Shown here: piece by piece, positions 13,616 to 31,825 of the stretch | Layout of the letters: the number at the start of each line of letters is the position of its first letter | How positions within the stretch are numbered: position 1 is the first letter of the stretch | NCBI GenBank assembly: GCA_002269645.1 | Contig: NIVC01002651.1 | Coordinates: 8,482 to 72,481 of the forward strand | Length of the DNA stretch: 64,000 nucleotides | Direction: 5' to 3' | Source: Macrostomum lignano | Taxonomy: Eukaryota | The notes under the pieces: model-generated | Database searches by the model: none | Told to the model about the DNA's origin: nothing | Seen by the model: only the letters and a program-made list of their open reading frames with translations | Position numbers and translations under genes: made by a program

Positions 13616-14158
13616 TGGTTGTTTTGAGCGTTTGAAAATTTGTTAACTTGCGGTTTTAATCGCAACTTTAAGATGCTTAAGTTTTTTCTTGATTTAATTG
13701 TGAAGCACTACTTAGGCATAAAGTTAAGACATTGGAATTTTTGTGTCACCAGAGATCATGTAACTTGTTATACTGAAGTGATCAGCTGACAATTTACCAT
13801 TAACTGATTTCTCACAGTATTGCACTGGCACCTATTCAACTTACTTCGTAGGGTCCCGATATTATCACGTACGCTCGTACACAAATAAAAACCAGTTGCA
13901 AGAAAAAATGCACAAACTGTAAGTCCTTATATTAAAATATTATCCCCAATTCACATTGGCGTACTAATCATGAAGTAAGGAATTATGTAAATTACTGTAT
14001 ATAGGGTTTGAAAGCCTACCAAAGTATAATATATTCATATAAAAAATAATTTCTTTATTTCCAGTCAAACCTAATCTGGATTTGCAAGTTAATCTATTTA
14101 GGTTTCAGGCTAAATTCATTTGGGGCTCAGGTGGCAACATTTTTTTTCTAGGGCTTCG

Positions 14159-16642
<2,484 letters not shown>

Positions 16643-16851
16643 TGTTGTAGAAATTGAACAAGTCTGAGGGCCGTCAATTTAGCCAACAAGAAAAATCAAC
16701 AATTAAGCGCTCACTGAGAGGCCTGCGAATATATTATATATTTAGCTCCGTCTCTCGCAACAACCACCCCACCATGCGCACAGAGGAGGGGGGACGCCAA
16801 GCGTACATACAAACCAGAGTATGCTAGGCAGGCACACAACTAACCCTAACA
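16643..16851 (-). repeat. 3' LTR of the BEL element (209 bp)
   Basis: TGTTGTAG...CCCTAACA on +; matches 21298-21456 with a few substitutions and indels. Confidence 0.9.
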
Positions 16852-18612
16852 CTCCCCCTAATGATGCTTCAACATTACAGTACTTAACACTGATATTCGA
16901 AAAAGGAAACTCACTATGAACTTAAAAGAAATTAAACGAAACGAATAGCAAAAAAAACAAACGAACAACAAAAAACGCTCTAACATTACAACAGACTTGA
17001 TAAATAAAAATGTGACGCACCATCACTACAGTTTTAAGTTAACGAAAAAGCAGAAACACAAAAGGCGCCAAGGAGCAAAAATGTAAGCACCGTCACCAGC
17101 GTACTGTAAATTAGAGAAACCCAAATGTCGCGTTGAAAAGTTTACTCAAAGCACGAGCACGATGCTGGGATAAGAACTGGAGATTGAAACTAAGGAGAGC
17201 TAAAGACTGAGATGTCAGATGTCAATAGTCACTGTCAGCTTAAGAAAAGTCAATAGCATTTCATTCATTCACGGCTTCTAGCAAAATCAGGTTCTCAACC
17301 GGCCAGCGAATCAAGCATCTCCTGGGTCCGCGGCCTGGCTTTTGCGCGACTCGAACTGTTGCCAATTTTACTGCTCCGTCTCGTCCCGGATGCACCGCCT
17401 CGATAATCCCAATACACCAGGTGAGCCTCGGTTGGCCAGCTTCGCCTTTCACCAGGACGATGTCACCGATCGTTGCCTCTCGGATCTCGCCGTGCTTAGG
17501 ATTGAGCCGATGTTCACGCAGGCTGGTCAGATACTGCCGCTCCCAGCAGTCCCAGAAGGTGTGAAGTCTGGTGCGCATTCGCTTCAGCATTTTTGGCAAC
17601 GGTAGCAGAAGATCCGGCGCGCAACTAGAAGTAGGTTCCGCTGTCAGCCGCTGCAACACCAGGAAGTGTGTTGCGGTGTCAGAACTTCTCCTTCGGGCTC
17701 GGCATCCACGTAGAGCAGAGGGCGGCTGTTGAGCACCGCCTCCACCCCATGAGCAGTGTCAGCAGTTCGTCCAGTGTTAGACTTGCATTCAGAAGGGTTT
17801 TGCGCAGCGCCAGTTTGATGTCCTTAATCAGTCGCTCCTAGAAGCCGCCTTTCCAGGGTGCGCGTTCGGTGATGAACTGCCAGGTAATCTTCCGAGCGGC
17901 GCAGGACTCCTGAACCTTTTGACTCTCCGATGCTTGTAAATCCGCGCGGCTTTGACGAATGTCTTAGCGTTATCGCTGATGAGACTAGGGATACCTCTCC
18001 TTGCACAGAATCTCCTTAGGGCTCTTAAGAAGGTCTCAGTTGTTAGATCTTTCACCAGTTCTAGATGAAGCGCTCGCGTTGCTGCGCAGGTAAACACTAA
18101 AATTTAGCCCTTCTCGACAGCAGTGTCTTCTCTCAGTTTGACCGGACCACATTAGTCGAGCCCGCTCCACTCAAATGCTCTCATTGCTTTCACGCGAGAT
18201 TCTGGCAACGCAGGAACTTGCTTCACAGCGAACGGGAGTCCCTAACGGGAGAACTGGAACGGGAGAACGGGAGAACTGCAGACGACGCATTTTCCAAGAA
18301 TTGCCTTCACTCGCTGCCTGCCACGGATCAGCCAAAACTTCTCTCGCAGTTTGCAAAGGGTGCTTGGAACTCCCCGGTGCAGAACTTTGCTGTGCGCGTC
18401 TCGGATGAGGAGAACTTCTAGATGAGTCTAGTTCGGGATGAGGATGGGGCAATCAGCAGCTGCACCAACGTTTGATTCTCTCAATCGACCCCGACTTCGG
18501 AGCAGACCTTTGCTGTCGATGAAGAGATTCAGCTGCTTTGCGAGGTCCGTAGATGCTGTCGACCTTTCAAAGTGAGCAATCTCAGCAGGGAAACTCCTTC
18601 GTTGTACATCTT

Positions 18613-19446
18613 TCAGCCAATCAGGACCATGCCACCAGCTGGATCAGTCTTCAGCTTGTCGACCGAAGTGCCGCGAGATGCAACATCGGCAGGGTTCTCA
18701 CTGCCTGGCACGTGTCGCCATGATTCCTCCGGAAGCAGCCGGCGGATCTCAGAGACTCGGTTGTGAACAAAGAGCTTCCATGGCTTGTGCTGTCGGATCC
18801 AGTACAGAGTATCGGCACTATCTGTCCAGCAGAAAACTTGGCGGACTTGAGGATGTTGACTCAGGGCTGAAATCACTAGTCTGGCCAGTATCAGGGCACC
18901 TAATAGTTCCAGCCGAGGAACCGACAGGGCCGATAGTGGAGCCACTCTGGCCTTCGCCGTCACCAGGGTACAGCTGACAGAACCGTCGATGTACTGAACT
19001 CGTAGGTAGAGACAAGCCGCGTAGCGCTTTGCGGATGCGTCACAGAAGCCATGCAGCTGCATCTCTTGGACCACCCGTGTCGCGAAAAGCACCAGCCGCG
19101 GTACCTGGAATCGTGCTTTCAGCATGTCCTGCAGCCACTTCTGCCACAGCTGTTCAGTCGGCTCATCCAGCGGGCAATCCCAAGCAACTTTGTGAGCACA
19201 GAGTGTCTGAAACATTGTTTTCGGCCAAGTCAGTATTGGAACTAGGAAGCCGAGAGGATCATAGACACGTGCCAGAAGCTGTAGCATGACTCGCTTGGAT
19301 TGCGTAGCTCTGAGTAACTCCTCTGCTGGTGAGAACCGAAGCACGAACACGTCCGATCCGGTTTCCCAGTGCAACCCAAGGACCTTCGACAACACGCCCT
19401 CCTCACTCAATGAGGCGGAGGAATAGCTCCCCTGGTCCTCCGTCAT
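18613..19446 (-). pseudogene. BEL/Pao pol fragment (RT connection and RNase H)
   Basis: ORF with KVLGLHW, RVYDPLGF, LHGFCDAS, PRLELLGA, WTDS, NPADVASRG; neighbouring segments are frameshifted. Confidence 0.9.
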
Positions 19447-19525
19447 TCTGAGAGTCTCTACTGACAGGGCTGGAGCCAGAATGTCCTGGTCTGTAGCGCT
19501 AGCTCGAACTGCGGACTAAACCGCT

Positions 19526-20446
19526 TTACTGTTGGACTGCCAATGGCGTAGATTCATACCTGCCTGGCGGAAGACGTGACGGGATTTTTGGATGAGTTCC
19601 ATGGCTTGCCGTTCGCTTGCACACCCAGAGATATGTCCACATAGATCTCTCCACAAACTGCGCATCCTGGTCCCGATGAGATGCTAAATGATGTTGAATG
19701 ACCGTCTTCAGAATCCCAGGTGAGCAGGTGAGTCGGAATACCAAAGCGGCGTAACGAAGAACAACGAGTGGCGATTCAGCTCGACTTGGATCCTGTGGCC
19801 AGAGAAACCGCAGTGAATCCCGATCTTCTTCAGCAATGCGAATCTGAAGAAACGCCTCAATATCAGCTGTAAGAGCGATCGGATGAAACCGGAATGCTTG
19901 AAGAAGACGAGGAATCTCGACCAACGAACACGATCCAGTCTCCAGACACTCATTCAAGAACGAGCTCCACCGATCTCGCTTAGCACTGGCATCGAAAACT
20001 ACTCTGACCTTCGTCGACTCTGCTTCAGGACGAATCACTGCTCGGTGAGGCAAGTAGTGGACAAGATGGTGCGTGCCGTCGGGAACCTCATCCACTATTC
20101 CAGCTTCTTTCTGGCTCATCAGAATGTGGTGGTATTCCTGCAGCAGTGCGGGTTCACGGCGCAGCCTGCTCAGGTTGATCTGAAGCCTCTTGAATGCCAC
20201 GTCGAAGTTGTCCGGTAAGGTCAATTCCTCCTCGGGAAGCCTCCACGGCAGCTTGACTGAGTAGCGCCCATCCTGGAATTGACTGCCTAATTCGAAAGGC
20301 CGATGCTCAGGTTCGGATGCGCTGGTAATGCCAATGCCTTCAAGCGTCCAAAACGTCTCCATGGAACAGTGGTCAAGGCCTTTGAAGCACTTGCTCTTTT
20401 TTGTCTTCCAGTCCTCCTGCCGAAATGGCGTCGGACAAGGAGCCAC
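19526..20446 (-). pseudogene. BEL/Pao reverse transcriptase fragment
   Basis: RYSVKLPW, HYLPHRAV, KVRVVFDAS, LRFLW; the YVD motif lies in another frame (frameshift). Confidence 0.9.
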
Positions 20447-21297
20447 ACAGGAGCCACCAAAGCTGACTAGCTACCCCAACCAGCCCGGTGCTGATTTCAG
20501 AACGATCCACCTGTCCTGTGACAAGGTCATCGAACTGGTCAGCTCCTATGAGGATGCTGATCTCTGGATGCTGCTCGCTGCCGATGTCCCAGTCTGCAGC
20601 CATCTGGTGAAATCAGTACAGCTCCCGCAGTAGGAAGAACTACTGTCTGGGCCTTGGTGACCATCGCCATAGTCTTTACTTCGTGACTCTTGACACCCTG
20701 CGCGGCCGACTGTTCGACTTTCTTCTTCTCTGAACCCGCCGTATCGAAGGTGCAATAGGCGTCTTGTCTGCCGGTCTCGGTGGCTGTTCCACTGGCGCAG
20801 CGCAGACTGGGATGATGCTTTAACCACAGATCTTATAAACACTAGATAGGCCACTCCAGCTAATTTATTCACAACACGACGTTTACTCTACTTTCTGCTT
20901 AGTAGTAGTAAATACATTTTAGCGTTATTTATATTTAAAAAGCAAAAAAAACAAAATGAATGCAGTGCAGCAATTGCATTGATTTTAATTGCAAAAAGAA
21001 ACTTATAATTATACTTTCTACAATTCAAAGCAACATAGTGAATGCTTTAGATTGTATTGAAGGCTATATTATTGTAGTCAACTATTGTACATTTAGCAAA
21101 TACGACCTATATCATATACTCTATATTCGTGTAGCAAAATAGAAAGATTTCTCCTCTTATTCAGCTCATCTGTTTCTGAAACTTTCGCAGCGTGCTGTCG
21201 AAGCACAGGGTCGCCAGTCGCCTTTGTTCAGAGGCAGCATTCAGCACGGCTTAAGAGATGAAAAAAACTGGCAAATGCGCCTCTTCAAATCCCCCTT

Positions 21298-21456
21298 AAT
21301 CAACAATTAAGCGCTCACTGAGAGGCCTGCGAATATATTAAATATTTAGCTCAGTCTCTCGCAACAACCACCCCACCATGCGCACAGAGGAGGGGGGGAC
21401 GCCAAGCGTAAATACAAACCAGAGGATGCTAGGCAGGCACACAACTAACCCTAACA
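21298..21456 (-). repeat. Truncated 5' LTR of the BEL element
   Basis: Matches only the last ~160 bp (on +) of the other LTR; the inner ~50 bp and the PBS are missing. Confidence 0.85.
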
Positions 21457-23350
<1,894 letters not shown>

Positions 23351-24262
23351 TGTTTTGAAGGTTCATGCAATGAACTGAGTATTCGCAATAAGAGACTTTA
23401 GTTTTTCGGCTACTTTTAGCCAAACGAATAAAAACCAAGAGCATAGAGCATACTCTCCCTGAAGAGACTGAAAATTATATAATTTAACCTGAAAATTAAA
23501 TAAGTGTACAAGTAGTTATTAAGTATACAAAAAATTCATGGTATGCTGAAAAGTACGCGTAGGTGAATCGATACAAATACATGTCAATGAAGCCCTCTCC
23601 TAAACAGTCAGTTGTACCCCCGCCAGTCGATTGTGCTCGGCAGGCAAACTGTGGCAGACAAATGACAGCATCCCTGTGCAGTGTCACTCAACACTGCTTA
23701 AACGGGGTGTGGCTACGGTGTACTTTCTGCGTGCAGCTGCACCGGTGCACAGCGCCAGACATATTGGTGCAAACGTCAGCACGATAAGGAAATTCCTAAT
23801 TACTTTTGTCTTGCCATTTGGGTTCCCGATTATCAACTGCACGCAGTTCCCCCTGCCCTAACTGGCTATTGTGGATCGCTTTGGAGGCAAAAGGAGTCCT
23901 GATTAGTGCGACAAAAGTAATGATACACGAAAATGAAAGCTGAAGCCGTTAATTCGCGAGCCAAATATCGATTCGAGCATCGCTGAGACTCTGATCCCGT
24001 TAAGAAACTGTCCTTAGTGCATCGATTCGACCCCAAAAACACCCAACCAGCTTAGTTATCTCAGTGTCGCCTCCGGGAAGTTCTTGTCTATGTTCAATTA
24101 ACGGTTTTTCTGGTCGATATCGATTGATTATTCACTGAGACACGGCGATATGACCAACTTCTGTCTATATAATAACTCACCTGATCCTCTGCCGTTGGAT
24201 TTTCTTAGCGCCGCAATCTAAGAGTCAAGAGTCCGCCTCTAAAGCTACGGATTTTATTCACA

Positions 24263-27200
24263 ATGCTGGCGCTGCTAATGTTGTCGCTTCTTCTACTAGG
24301 AGAAGCCGCAGAAATTGCCCGGGCCCTGCGCCTCGCCGTGCTGGCTGAGCCGGGGCTGCTGCAGCCGGGTCTGGTGCAGCGAGTCGTCGACAGGCGGGTC
24401 AACCAGAACCCGCTGCTGTTCCCCGGCCTCGGCGAGTCCAACCCGCTCACCTGCCAGCTCGTGTCCGCTGACGACTCCGTCTTGGCTGTGCAACAGAGTG
24501 AGACATCTATGCAGAGCTTACCAGCAACAGCCATTGTTTATCTATGGCCAGTGCATCAATGCACTCTGTTTATCTATGGCCAGTGCATCAATGCACTCTG
24601 TTTATCTATGGCCAGTGCATCAATGCACTCTGTTTATCTATGGCCAGTGCATCAATGCACTCTGTTTATCTATGGCCAGTGCATCAATGCACTCTGTTTA
24701 TCTATGGCCAGTGTATCAGTGCATTCTGTTTATCTATGGCCAGTGCATCAGTGCACTCTGTTTATCTATGGCCAGTGTATCAGTGCACTCTGTTTATCTA
24801 TGGCCAGTGTATCAGTGCACTCTGTTTATCTATGGCCAGTGCATCAGTGCACTCTGTTTATCTATGGCCACTGCATCAGTGCACTCTGTTTATCTATGGC
24901 CAGTGAATTAGTGCACTCTGTTTATCTATGGCCAGTGAATTAGTGCACTCTGTTTATCTATGGCCAGTGCATCAGTGCACTCTAATACACTAGCTGTAAA
25001 ACAATAACATTCAAATCCTATACTTAATTAATTACCTTGCAGTCTGTCGGTCCAGCGGATTCCACGGCCTCGTGGCAGTCGGCAGCTGCTCTCTGGGCAG
25101 CTCGGTGCACCGGCTGGCCAAGTCCTTGCGAGTGCCCGCCATTTTTGTGCCAGCGGGGGAGCTGTGCCAGCTGGACACTGCAGAGTCTGGTATGTGAGCT
25201 GTGCCTGCTGGACACTGCTGAGTCTGGTATGTGAGCTGTGCCAGCTGGACACTGCTGAGTCTGGTATGTGAGCTGTGCCTGCTGGACACTGCAGAGTCTG
25301 GTTTGTGAGCTGTGCCAGCTGGACACTGCAGAGTCTGGTTTGTGAGCTGTGCCTGCTGCATGGACACTGCTGAGTCTGCTTTGTGAGCTGTGCCTGCTGC
25401 ATGGACACTGCTGAGTCTGGTATGTGAGCTGTGTAGCCAGGTGCATCAAGACCCGTCCGCCAACCCAATTGCAGAGTTCTCATTCGTTGGTGAAGACCAT
25501 CCCATCGGCCGCATTGGGTCTATCGAAGCCTTGCTTCGGTCAAAGTCAGCCAGTGTCGTGTCGATATTTTTCGACAATCATCAGAGTGAGCACAGGCGTT
25601 TTGAACTCAACTCTGCCGTTCATCACTTCTTTTAAATGCCTAGTTAATACAAAAAATTGAAAAAAACACTTCAGATGAGCAGCTCATTCGGTCCCTGCAC
25701 AACCAGTTGGCTGATGCGGGCATTGCGACAGTCAGCTTTCAGCTTGACACCATTGGAGTGAACCTGTCAAGGATTTTGAAAGATTCCATCAAGAAGAAAG
25801 TGAAGTTCAATGTAGTACTGGCAGAGCCGGATGCAGTTTACAGTTTAATTGAACAGGTAAATTCGGCTTCTTTGACAGACTTGTGCCTAAAACTCTGTGC
25901 CTTAGGGGTCGGCCACTGTGGTTGTGAATTGCAAAGGTGGGCGACACGTGACAATTTTTTAACTTCATGATGTATCACCTGTACTGTTGTGGTTTTGCAG
26001 GCGGTTCAAGCGGAGGCAGTGCAGGCCCACTACTACTGGCTGGCTCTGGACGAGGGGCTGCGGCCGAACCAGCTGCTGCGGCTGCTGCCGCCCAACGTGT
26101 CGGCCAACGTCATGCTGGTCCGCGGCTCGAGTCACGGCCTGCTGGATCCGCAGCGGCTGCGGCTGAGCGGCGGCTGTCCCGACGCTCTGCGAGCCGTCAT
26201 GGGCGACTCGTGCGATCCAGGAGCTGTCAGCGTGAGCACTCTGGCTGCTGGGACAGAAACTTCATGAGCCTTGGCATCTGAGCATTCTCATTGAGCCTTG
26301 GCATCTGAGCATTCTCATTGAGCCTTGGCATCTGAGAATTCTCATTGAGCCTCGGCATCTGAGCATTCTCATTGAGTCTTGGCATCTGAGCATTCTCATT
26401 AAGCCTTGGCATCTGAGCATTCTCATTGAGTCTTGGCATCTGAGCATTCTCATTGAGCCTTGGCATCTGAGAATTCTCATTGAGCCTCGGCATCTGAGCA
26501 TTCTCATTGAGTCTTGGCATTCCGGCCATTGTGACCCGTGGTGGGCAAGCCATTGTGACCCGTGGTGGGCAAGCCATTGTGACCCGTGGTGGGCAAGCCA
26601 TTGTGACCCGTGGTGGGCAAGCCATTGTGACCCGTGGTGGGCAAGCCATTGTGACCGTGGTGGGCAAGCCATTGTGACCCCTCAGCCTCCGTAGCTGCAG
26701 ATGCGCTCCCGGTTGCACTCAGTGAACTCATTCTCTCATCGAACATTCCAGTCTGTTGAGCTGCGCACCATTGACGCAGTTCTGGCCATGACGAGGGCTG
26801 TCCACAGCGTCACAGGCGGCTACACCAGCTCGAGCTCCACCAACGCCAGCTGCAACGGCGCCACTCGAGCGTGGCCTGATGGAACACTGGCAGCTCGCGC
26901 TCTCGCTAAGGTTGTGAGCGACTTGTCTGCATTCCAACACATTCACATCCGGCATCACTGATGGGAAACTTTTCATTGGAATTCCAGACCACGGACTTCA
27001 ACACACTCGGCTCTCTGATTTCCTACAATGGCACCACGAGGCACTTCACCAGCTACATCGAGGCGGTGTCCACCTTCCACGCCTTCTACACGAGTCCGCT
27101 GAGGTACATCGAGAGCGCCAGGTACCACCCCGACAACGCCTCGCTCAGCGTCTCGTTCGTCTACAAAGACAGGCGACTGGCTTTCCCGAACACCTTCGTG

Positions 27201-30200
27201 GACTTCAAGAACCGAACTCTGCGAGTCTGCGCTCCGGATGTAAGTGGAGAAGGCTTGCTATTAAGTTTGTAGGAGTATTGCTCACCTAATTTAAGACTTT
27301 AACAGTAGAACAACCTAGAGGGGGAAGAATTCCCCCTGACAATTTTTTGTCAACGCAGGCACACAAAATTCAAGAACACAGGCTAACTTTTTGTTGCGCA
27401 CCTTCTCAAACAAGAATCAAGTCGCCAGCCCTCCAGACCGTCGAGATATTCGACCATTCTGCCAGAAGGTCGGAATTTTTCCATAAGCGCTACTGTTCTC
27501 AGTACACCCCAGTGCGCCAAACAGCACTGCGCCAAGCCTCTAAATTTCATCATCACGTCGAAGACATGTGTCTGCATCAGCTCTGACTTCGTTGGTCACT
27601 GGCCTTCACCCTGGCGGAGCTTCTGGACCTTCACCCTGGCGGTGGGCAAGCCTCAACTGCTGGACATCCTCAGCTAGTCTCTCAAGAATTCCGTCATCAC
27701 CTCGATGTTGAATTTCGTGTGCCTGCGTTGCTCCCCCCGTCCGGCGGAAAATGGCTTGGTTTTCCTACTGTTGATCCGGCTTTCCAGTTCCGGCCGTACA
27801 CCGTATTCGATAACAGGACGGACGGCAAGGTCACTGGCCACTCTGAAGATCTGCTTAACGTGCTGAGGATCGACCTTAATTTCTCGTGAGCGCCGAATAA
27901 TACTTGAAAATCATGATGCTTTCGGATAAAAGAGAGTTAATGAACCGCTTTTGTTGATCTGAATCTGTAGCACCATCGTTTTAAAGCCGCCTGATGGCGT
28001 CTTCGGCACTCCGATCAATGGAACTCAGCAATTTTCCGGCTGCATCGGAGAGCTGCAGAAGGGAGTGAGTCGTGCTGCTTGCTTCTATTCAATGCTTTTC
28101 TTTCCAAAGTAAATTTAAACTGGGGATTTTTAATACAGTCTTTAATTAGTCTTTGTTGTCTTTGTTGTTCCTGTCTATGACCAGTCCTCACCTGCTCCTG
28201 TCTATGACCAGTCCTCACCTGCTCCTGTCTATGATCAGTCCTCACCTGCTCCTGTCTATGACCAGTCCTCACCTGCTCCTGTCTATGATCAGTCCTCACC
28301 TGCTCCTGTCTATGACCAGTCCTCACCTGCTCCTGTCTATGACCAGTCCTCACCTGCTCCTGTCTATGACCAGTCCTCACCTGCTCCTGTCTATGACCAG
28401 TCCTCACCTGCTCCTGTCTATGATCAGTCCTCACCTGCTCCTGTCTATGATCAGTCCTCACCTGATCCTGTCTATGATCAGTCCTCACCTGCTCCTGTCT
28501 TTGACCAGTCCTTACCTGCTCCTGTCTATGATCAGTCCTCACCTGCTCCTGTCTTTGACCAGTCCTCACCTGCTCCTGTCTATGACCAGTCCTAACCTTG
28601 CTGAACTCGAACCGTTGCACTTCTCACAAGAATTCGGATCTGGCCATGCTGTTTGCCATCACGAACGTTCGCTATGCCGTCGTGGACTACTTGGATGACT
28701 ACCTGTACTCATCCAACAACATCCTGGTCCGCATACCGCCTCCTGCCAGCAAAATCTGGAACGTGTTCACGCCGATGACTCCGCAAGTTTGGCTGCTACT
28801 GGCTGCCTCCATCTTCATCGTGCCCTTCATCATCTACCTGTTGGCCTTGTTCAGCCCTTTCTCCGCTTATAACCTCAAACTGAGCTTTGGTTTTGCCGAC
28901 GAAATCTGGTACAAGGAGCACCTCTGGTCCACCATAGGCAGTTTCTTGCAACAGGGTCAGGACTTTTATCCGTTCGCAATGTCTGCCCGAATCGTGATGG
29001 CTTTCTGGTGGCTGCTCACCGTTATTATATTTGGAGCCTACACCGGTGACCTTGCGGCTCACCTGGCTACATCAGTCAGCAGTCTGCCGATCCAGACTCT
29101 GCAGGACCTGGTGTCCATGCCTTACTACACTGCTTTAGTACCAAGGGGAACCAACATTCAGACAGCGATCGACATGGCTACGTCGGGACCGATGTTCCAG
29201 CTGAAGTCCATGACTGTGCTGGTGCAATCGCACGAGGACTGCGCTAGGAAGGTGAGGCTCGAAAAGGCAGACTTGTTTTGTTGGCGGCACGAGAGTTGCC
29301 CGCCGGGAGCTGAATAGAGATTTTCGGCAGGCGTAGCCATGTACTCACCGCCCAGCAGCTGGTTGCAGCCAGCTTCTAGCAGGAAGCAGTTACAGGCACC
29401 TTTGTAGTTTGCCCCTCTGTAGCTGGCGCCCCCTCTGTAGCTGGCGCCCCCTCTGTTGCTGGCGCCCCCTCTGTAGCTGGCGCCCCCTCTGTTGCTGGCG
29501 CCCCCTCTGTTGCTGGCGCCCCCTCTGTAGCTGGCGCCCCCTCTGTAGCTGGCGCCCCCTCTGTAGCTGGCGCCCCTCTGTAGCTGGCGCCCCCTCTGTA
29601 GCTGGCGCCCCTCTGTAGCTGGCGCCCCCTCTGTAGCTGGCGCCCCCTCTGTAGCTGGCGCCCCTCTGTAGCTGGCGCCCCTCTGTAGCTGGCGCCCCTC
29701 TGTAGCTGGCGCCCCCTCTGTAGCTGGCGCCCCTCTGTAGCTGACGCCCCTTTGTAGCTGGCGCCCCCTCTGTAGCTGGCACCCCCTCTGTTGCTGGCGC
29801 CCCCTCTGTAGCTGGCGCCCCTCTGTAGCTGGCGCCCCCTCTGTAGCTGACGCCCCTCTGTAGCTGGCGCCCCCTCTCTTGCTGGCGCCCCCTAATCCAA
29901 TCTACACACCCTATCACCCCAGCTACACCCTAGAACCTCAGTTGCATTCCCAGTAACCCAGCTACATACCCAGTTCCCCAGCTACACACCCCAGTAACCC
30001 AACTACACACCCCAGTAACCCAGCTACACACCCCAGTAACCCAGCTACACACCCTAGTAACCCAGCTACACACCCTAGTAACCCAACTACACACCCCAGT
30101 AACCCAGCTACACACCCCAGTAACCCAGCTACACACCCCAGTAACCCAGCTACACACCCCAATAACCCAGCTACACACCCCAATAACCCAGCTACACACC

Positions 30201-31825
30201 CCAGTAACCCAGCTACACACCCCAATAACCCAGCTACACACCCCAATAACCCAGCTACACACCCCAGTAACCCAGCTACACACCCCAGTAACCCAGCTAC
30301 ACACCCCAATAACCCAGCTACACACCCCAGTAACCCAGCTACACACTCCAGAACCCCAGCTACATGTACATAACCCAGTACCCCAGAGCTCTACATACCC
30401 TTAGTAGACACTCAGTGTCTCGCGTACAAAATTTACGCGGGAAAATCTCGGCGGACAATTCTTGTACATTTAGATCTCGTTTGGTTTCGTGTAGAGTCTC
30501 AGTCTTCAAAATATTGCCTGCATTTTCAGCTTTTAGCAACAAACAATCCGTACACTGTGTGCATCGCGGATCAGATGTCCAATCTGTACTTTGCTAACCA
30601 ATTCTGCGAAAATGTTTACGTGGCTAAGGAATATTTTAACTTTTACTATCTGGCTTGGACGGTGCCACAGGATGCGTTTTACATCGATGCTATGAATTTT
30701 GTGTAAGTTTATTAAATGTTTATGAGATTCATGATGGACTGTAGATCTTTGAGTCGTTAAGCGTATGCGCACTGATTCGAAATACTCCAAGATCCTCAGG
30801 CCTCTCCAGCTCTTCGCGCTAACTTAAGGGTTCTGCTGATACGCACTTCAATTCCTCAAGCTAGCCCACACTGTACATTCGTTTCTAAATTTAGGGCTTC
30901 TGCTGATACACGCTTCAACTCCAACCCCCTCAAGCTAGCCCACACTGTACATTCGTTTCTAAATTTAGGGCTTCTGCTGATACACGCTTCAACTCCAGCC
31001 CCCTCAAGCTAGCCCACACTGTACATTCGTTTCTAAATTTAGGGCTTCTGCTGATACACGCTTCAACTCCAACCCCCTCAAGCTAGCCCACACTGTACAT
31101 TCGTTTCTAAATTTAGGGCTTCTGCTGATACACGCTTCAACTCCAGCCCCTCAAGCTAGCCCACACTGTACATTCGTTTCTAAATTTAGGGCTTCTGCTG
31201 ATACACGCTTCAACTCCAACCCCCTCAAGCGAGCCCACACTGTACATTCGTTTCTAAATTTAGGGCTTCTGCTGATACACGCTTCAACTCCAACCCCCTC
31301 AAGCTAGCCCACACTGTACATTCGTTTCTAAATTTAGGGCTTCTGCTGATACACGCTTCAACTCCAACCCCCTCAAGCTAGCCCACACTGTACATTCGTT
31401 TCTAAATTTAGAGCAGTTTTTTTAGATTATATACTTTCTTTGTAGTTATACTCAAACAGTTCACTTAGTCTCATTTTACTGTGTATTCAATTTTTTTATT
31501 CTCCTGTACTACCAGTCTTACTTTATCTAACAACACCGTTCTCATTCTTACTAAATTTCCTCTTGCTGAAACATCCACCAGCGTAAGTCGAGCCAGAGAG
31601 AACGGCCTCGTTGACATGCTCCGACTGAAGTACTTTCCAGCCAGCAGCTCAGAGTGCTCAAGCTCCCAGCTGATGGCGGAGGCTGACCCAATCAACCTGG
31701 ATGGCATCGGCGGATCCTGTTTGGTGCCAGGAGTCCTGTATTTAATTGGAATGCTCATCCTGCTGCTTGAGCTCTTCTGGACCGCCTGTCTGAGCAAGGA
31801 CCCGCTGCAATGCATCATATTCTGA
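24263..31825 (+). CDS. Ionotropic glutamate receptor-like subunit, copy 3 (complete, ~865 aa; exons 8-12 diverged)
   Basis: Exons 24263-24497, 25043-25189, 25475-25585, 25675-25856, 26001-26231, 26701-26910, 26988-27239, 27788-27885, 27971-28064, 28631-29251, 30530-30702, 31582-31825. Exon lengths and phases match copy 2 (last exon 3 nt shorter). M3 AYTGDLAAHL; ends LQCIIF. Confidence 0.9.
24535..24983. repeat. 32-bp minisatellite (copy 3 intron 1)
   Basis: Same unit as 1-714, ~14 copies. Confidence 0.95.
25159..25433. repeat. 37-40-bp exon2/donor-derived minisatellite (copy 3 intron 2)
   Basis: Same unit as in copies 1 and 2. Confidence 0.9.
26265..26680. repeat. 27-bp plus 24-bp minisatellites (copy 3 intron 5)
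   Basis: Same units as 2103-2840. Confidence 0.95.
27351..27730. mobile_element. MITE-like element with 23-bp TIRs (copy 3 intron 7)
   Basis: CAACGCAGGCACACAAAATTCAA ... TTGAATTTCGTGTGCCTGCGTTG (1 mismatch); 380 bp; no clear TSD. Confidence 0.65.
28168..28592. repeat. 27-bp minisatellite (copy 3 intron 9)
   Basis: CTGTCTATGACCAGTCCTCACCTGCTC, ~16 copies. Confidence 0.95.
29410..30365. repeat. 17/18-bp (GCTGGCGCCCC(C)TCTGTA) and 21-bp (CCCAGCTACACACCCCAGTAA) minisatellites (copy 3 intron 10)
   Basis: Two adjacent arrays, ~29410-29893 and ~29915-30365. Confidence 0.95.
30826..31410. repeat. 74-bp minisatellite (copy 3 intron 11)
   Basis: Period 74 (TGCTGATACA at 30901 and 30975), ~8 copies. 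Confidence 0.95.

Larger units (their letters stand above)
16643..21456 (-). mobile_element. Decayed BEL/Pao LTR retrotransposon
   Basis: TG...CA termini; 5-bp TSD AGTTA (16638-16642, 21457-21461); polypurine tract AGGGGGAG next to the 3' LTR. Frameshifted remnants: gag knuckle (..HHPSL), protease (ISILIGAD), RT (HYLPHRAV..KVRVVFDAS, IALTADI), Pao RNase H (LHGFCDAS..AKARVAP..PRLEL..WTDS..NPADVASRG), integrase (HLELV..FLRALRRF..RRG..SDNA) and C-terminal GDIVLVK..HPGRDG. Confidence 0.95.

Noticed and set aside
7371-14158. Copy 2 as a pure assembly duplication
   Set aside because: Each copy has private insertions, different repeat counts, SNPs and diverged exon blocks. Haplotype mis-joining is still not excluded without reads.
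16838-16851. Telomere-like TTAGGG at the LTR terminus, and (TTAG)n as interstitial telomere
   Set aside because: A single hexamer can arise by chance, and TTAG is not a telomeric repeat that I know of.
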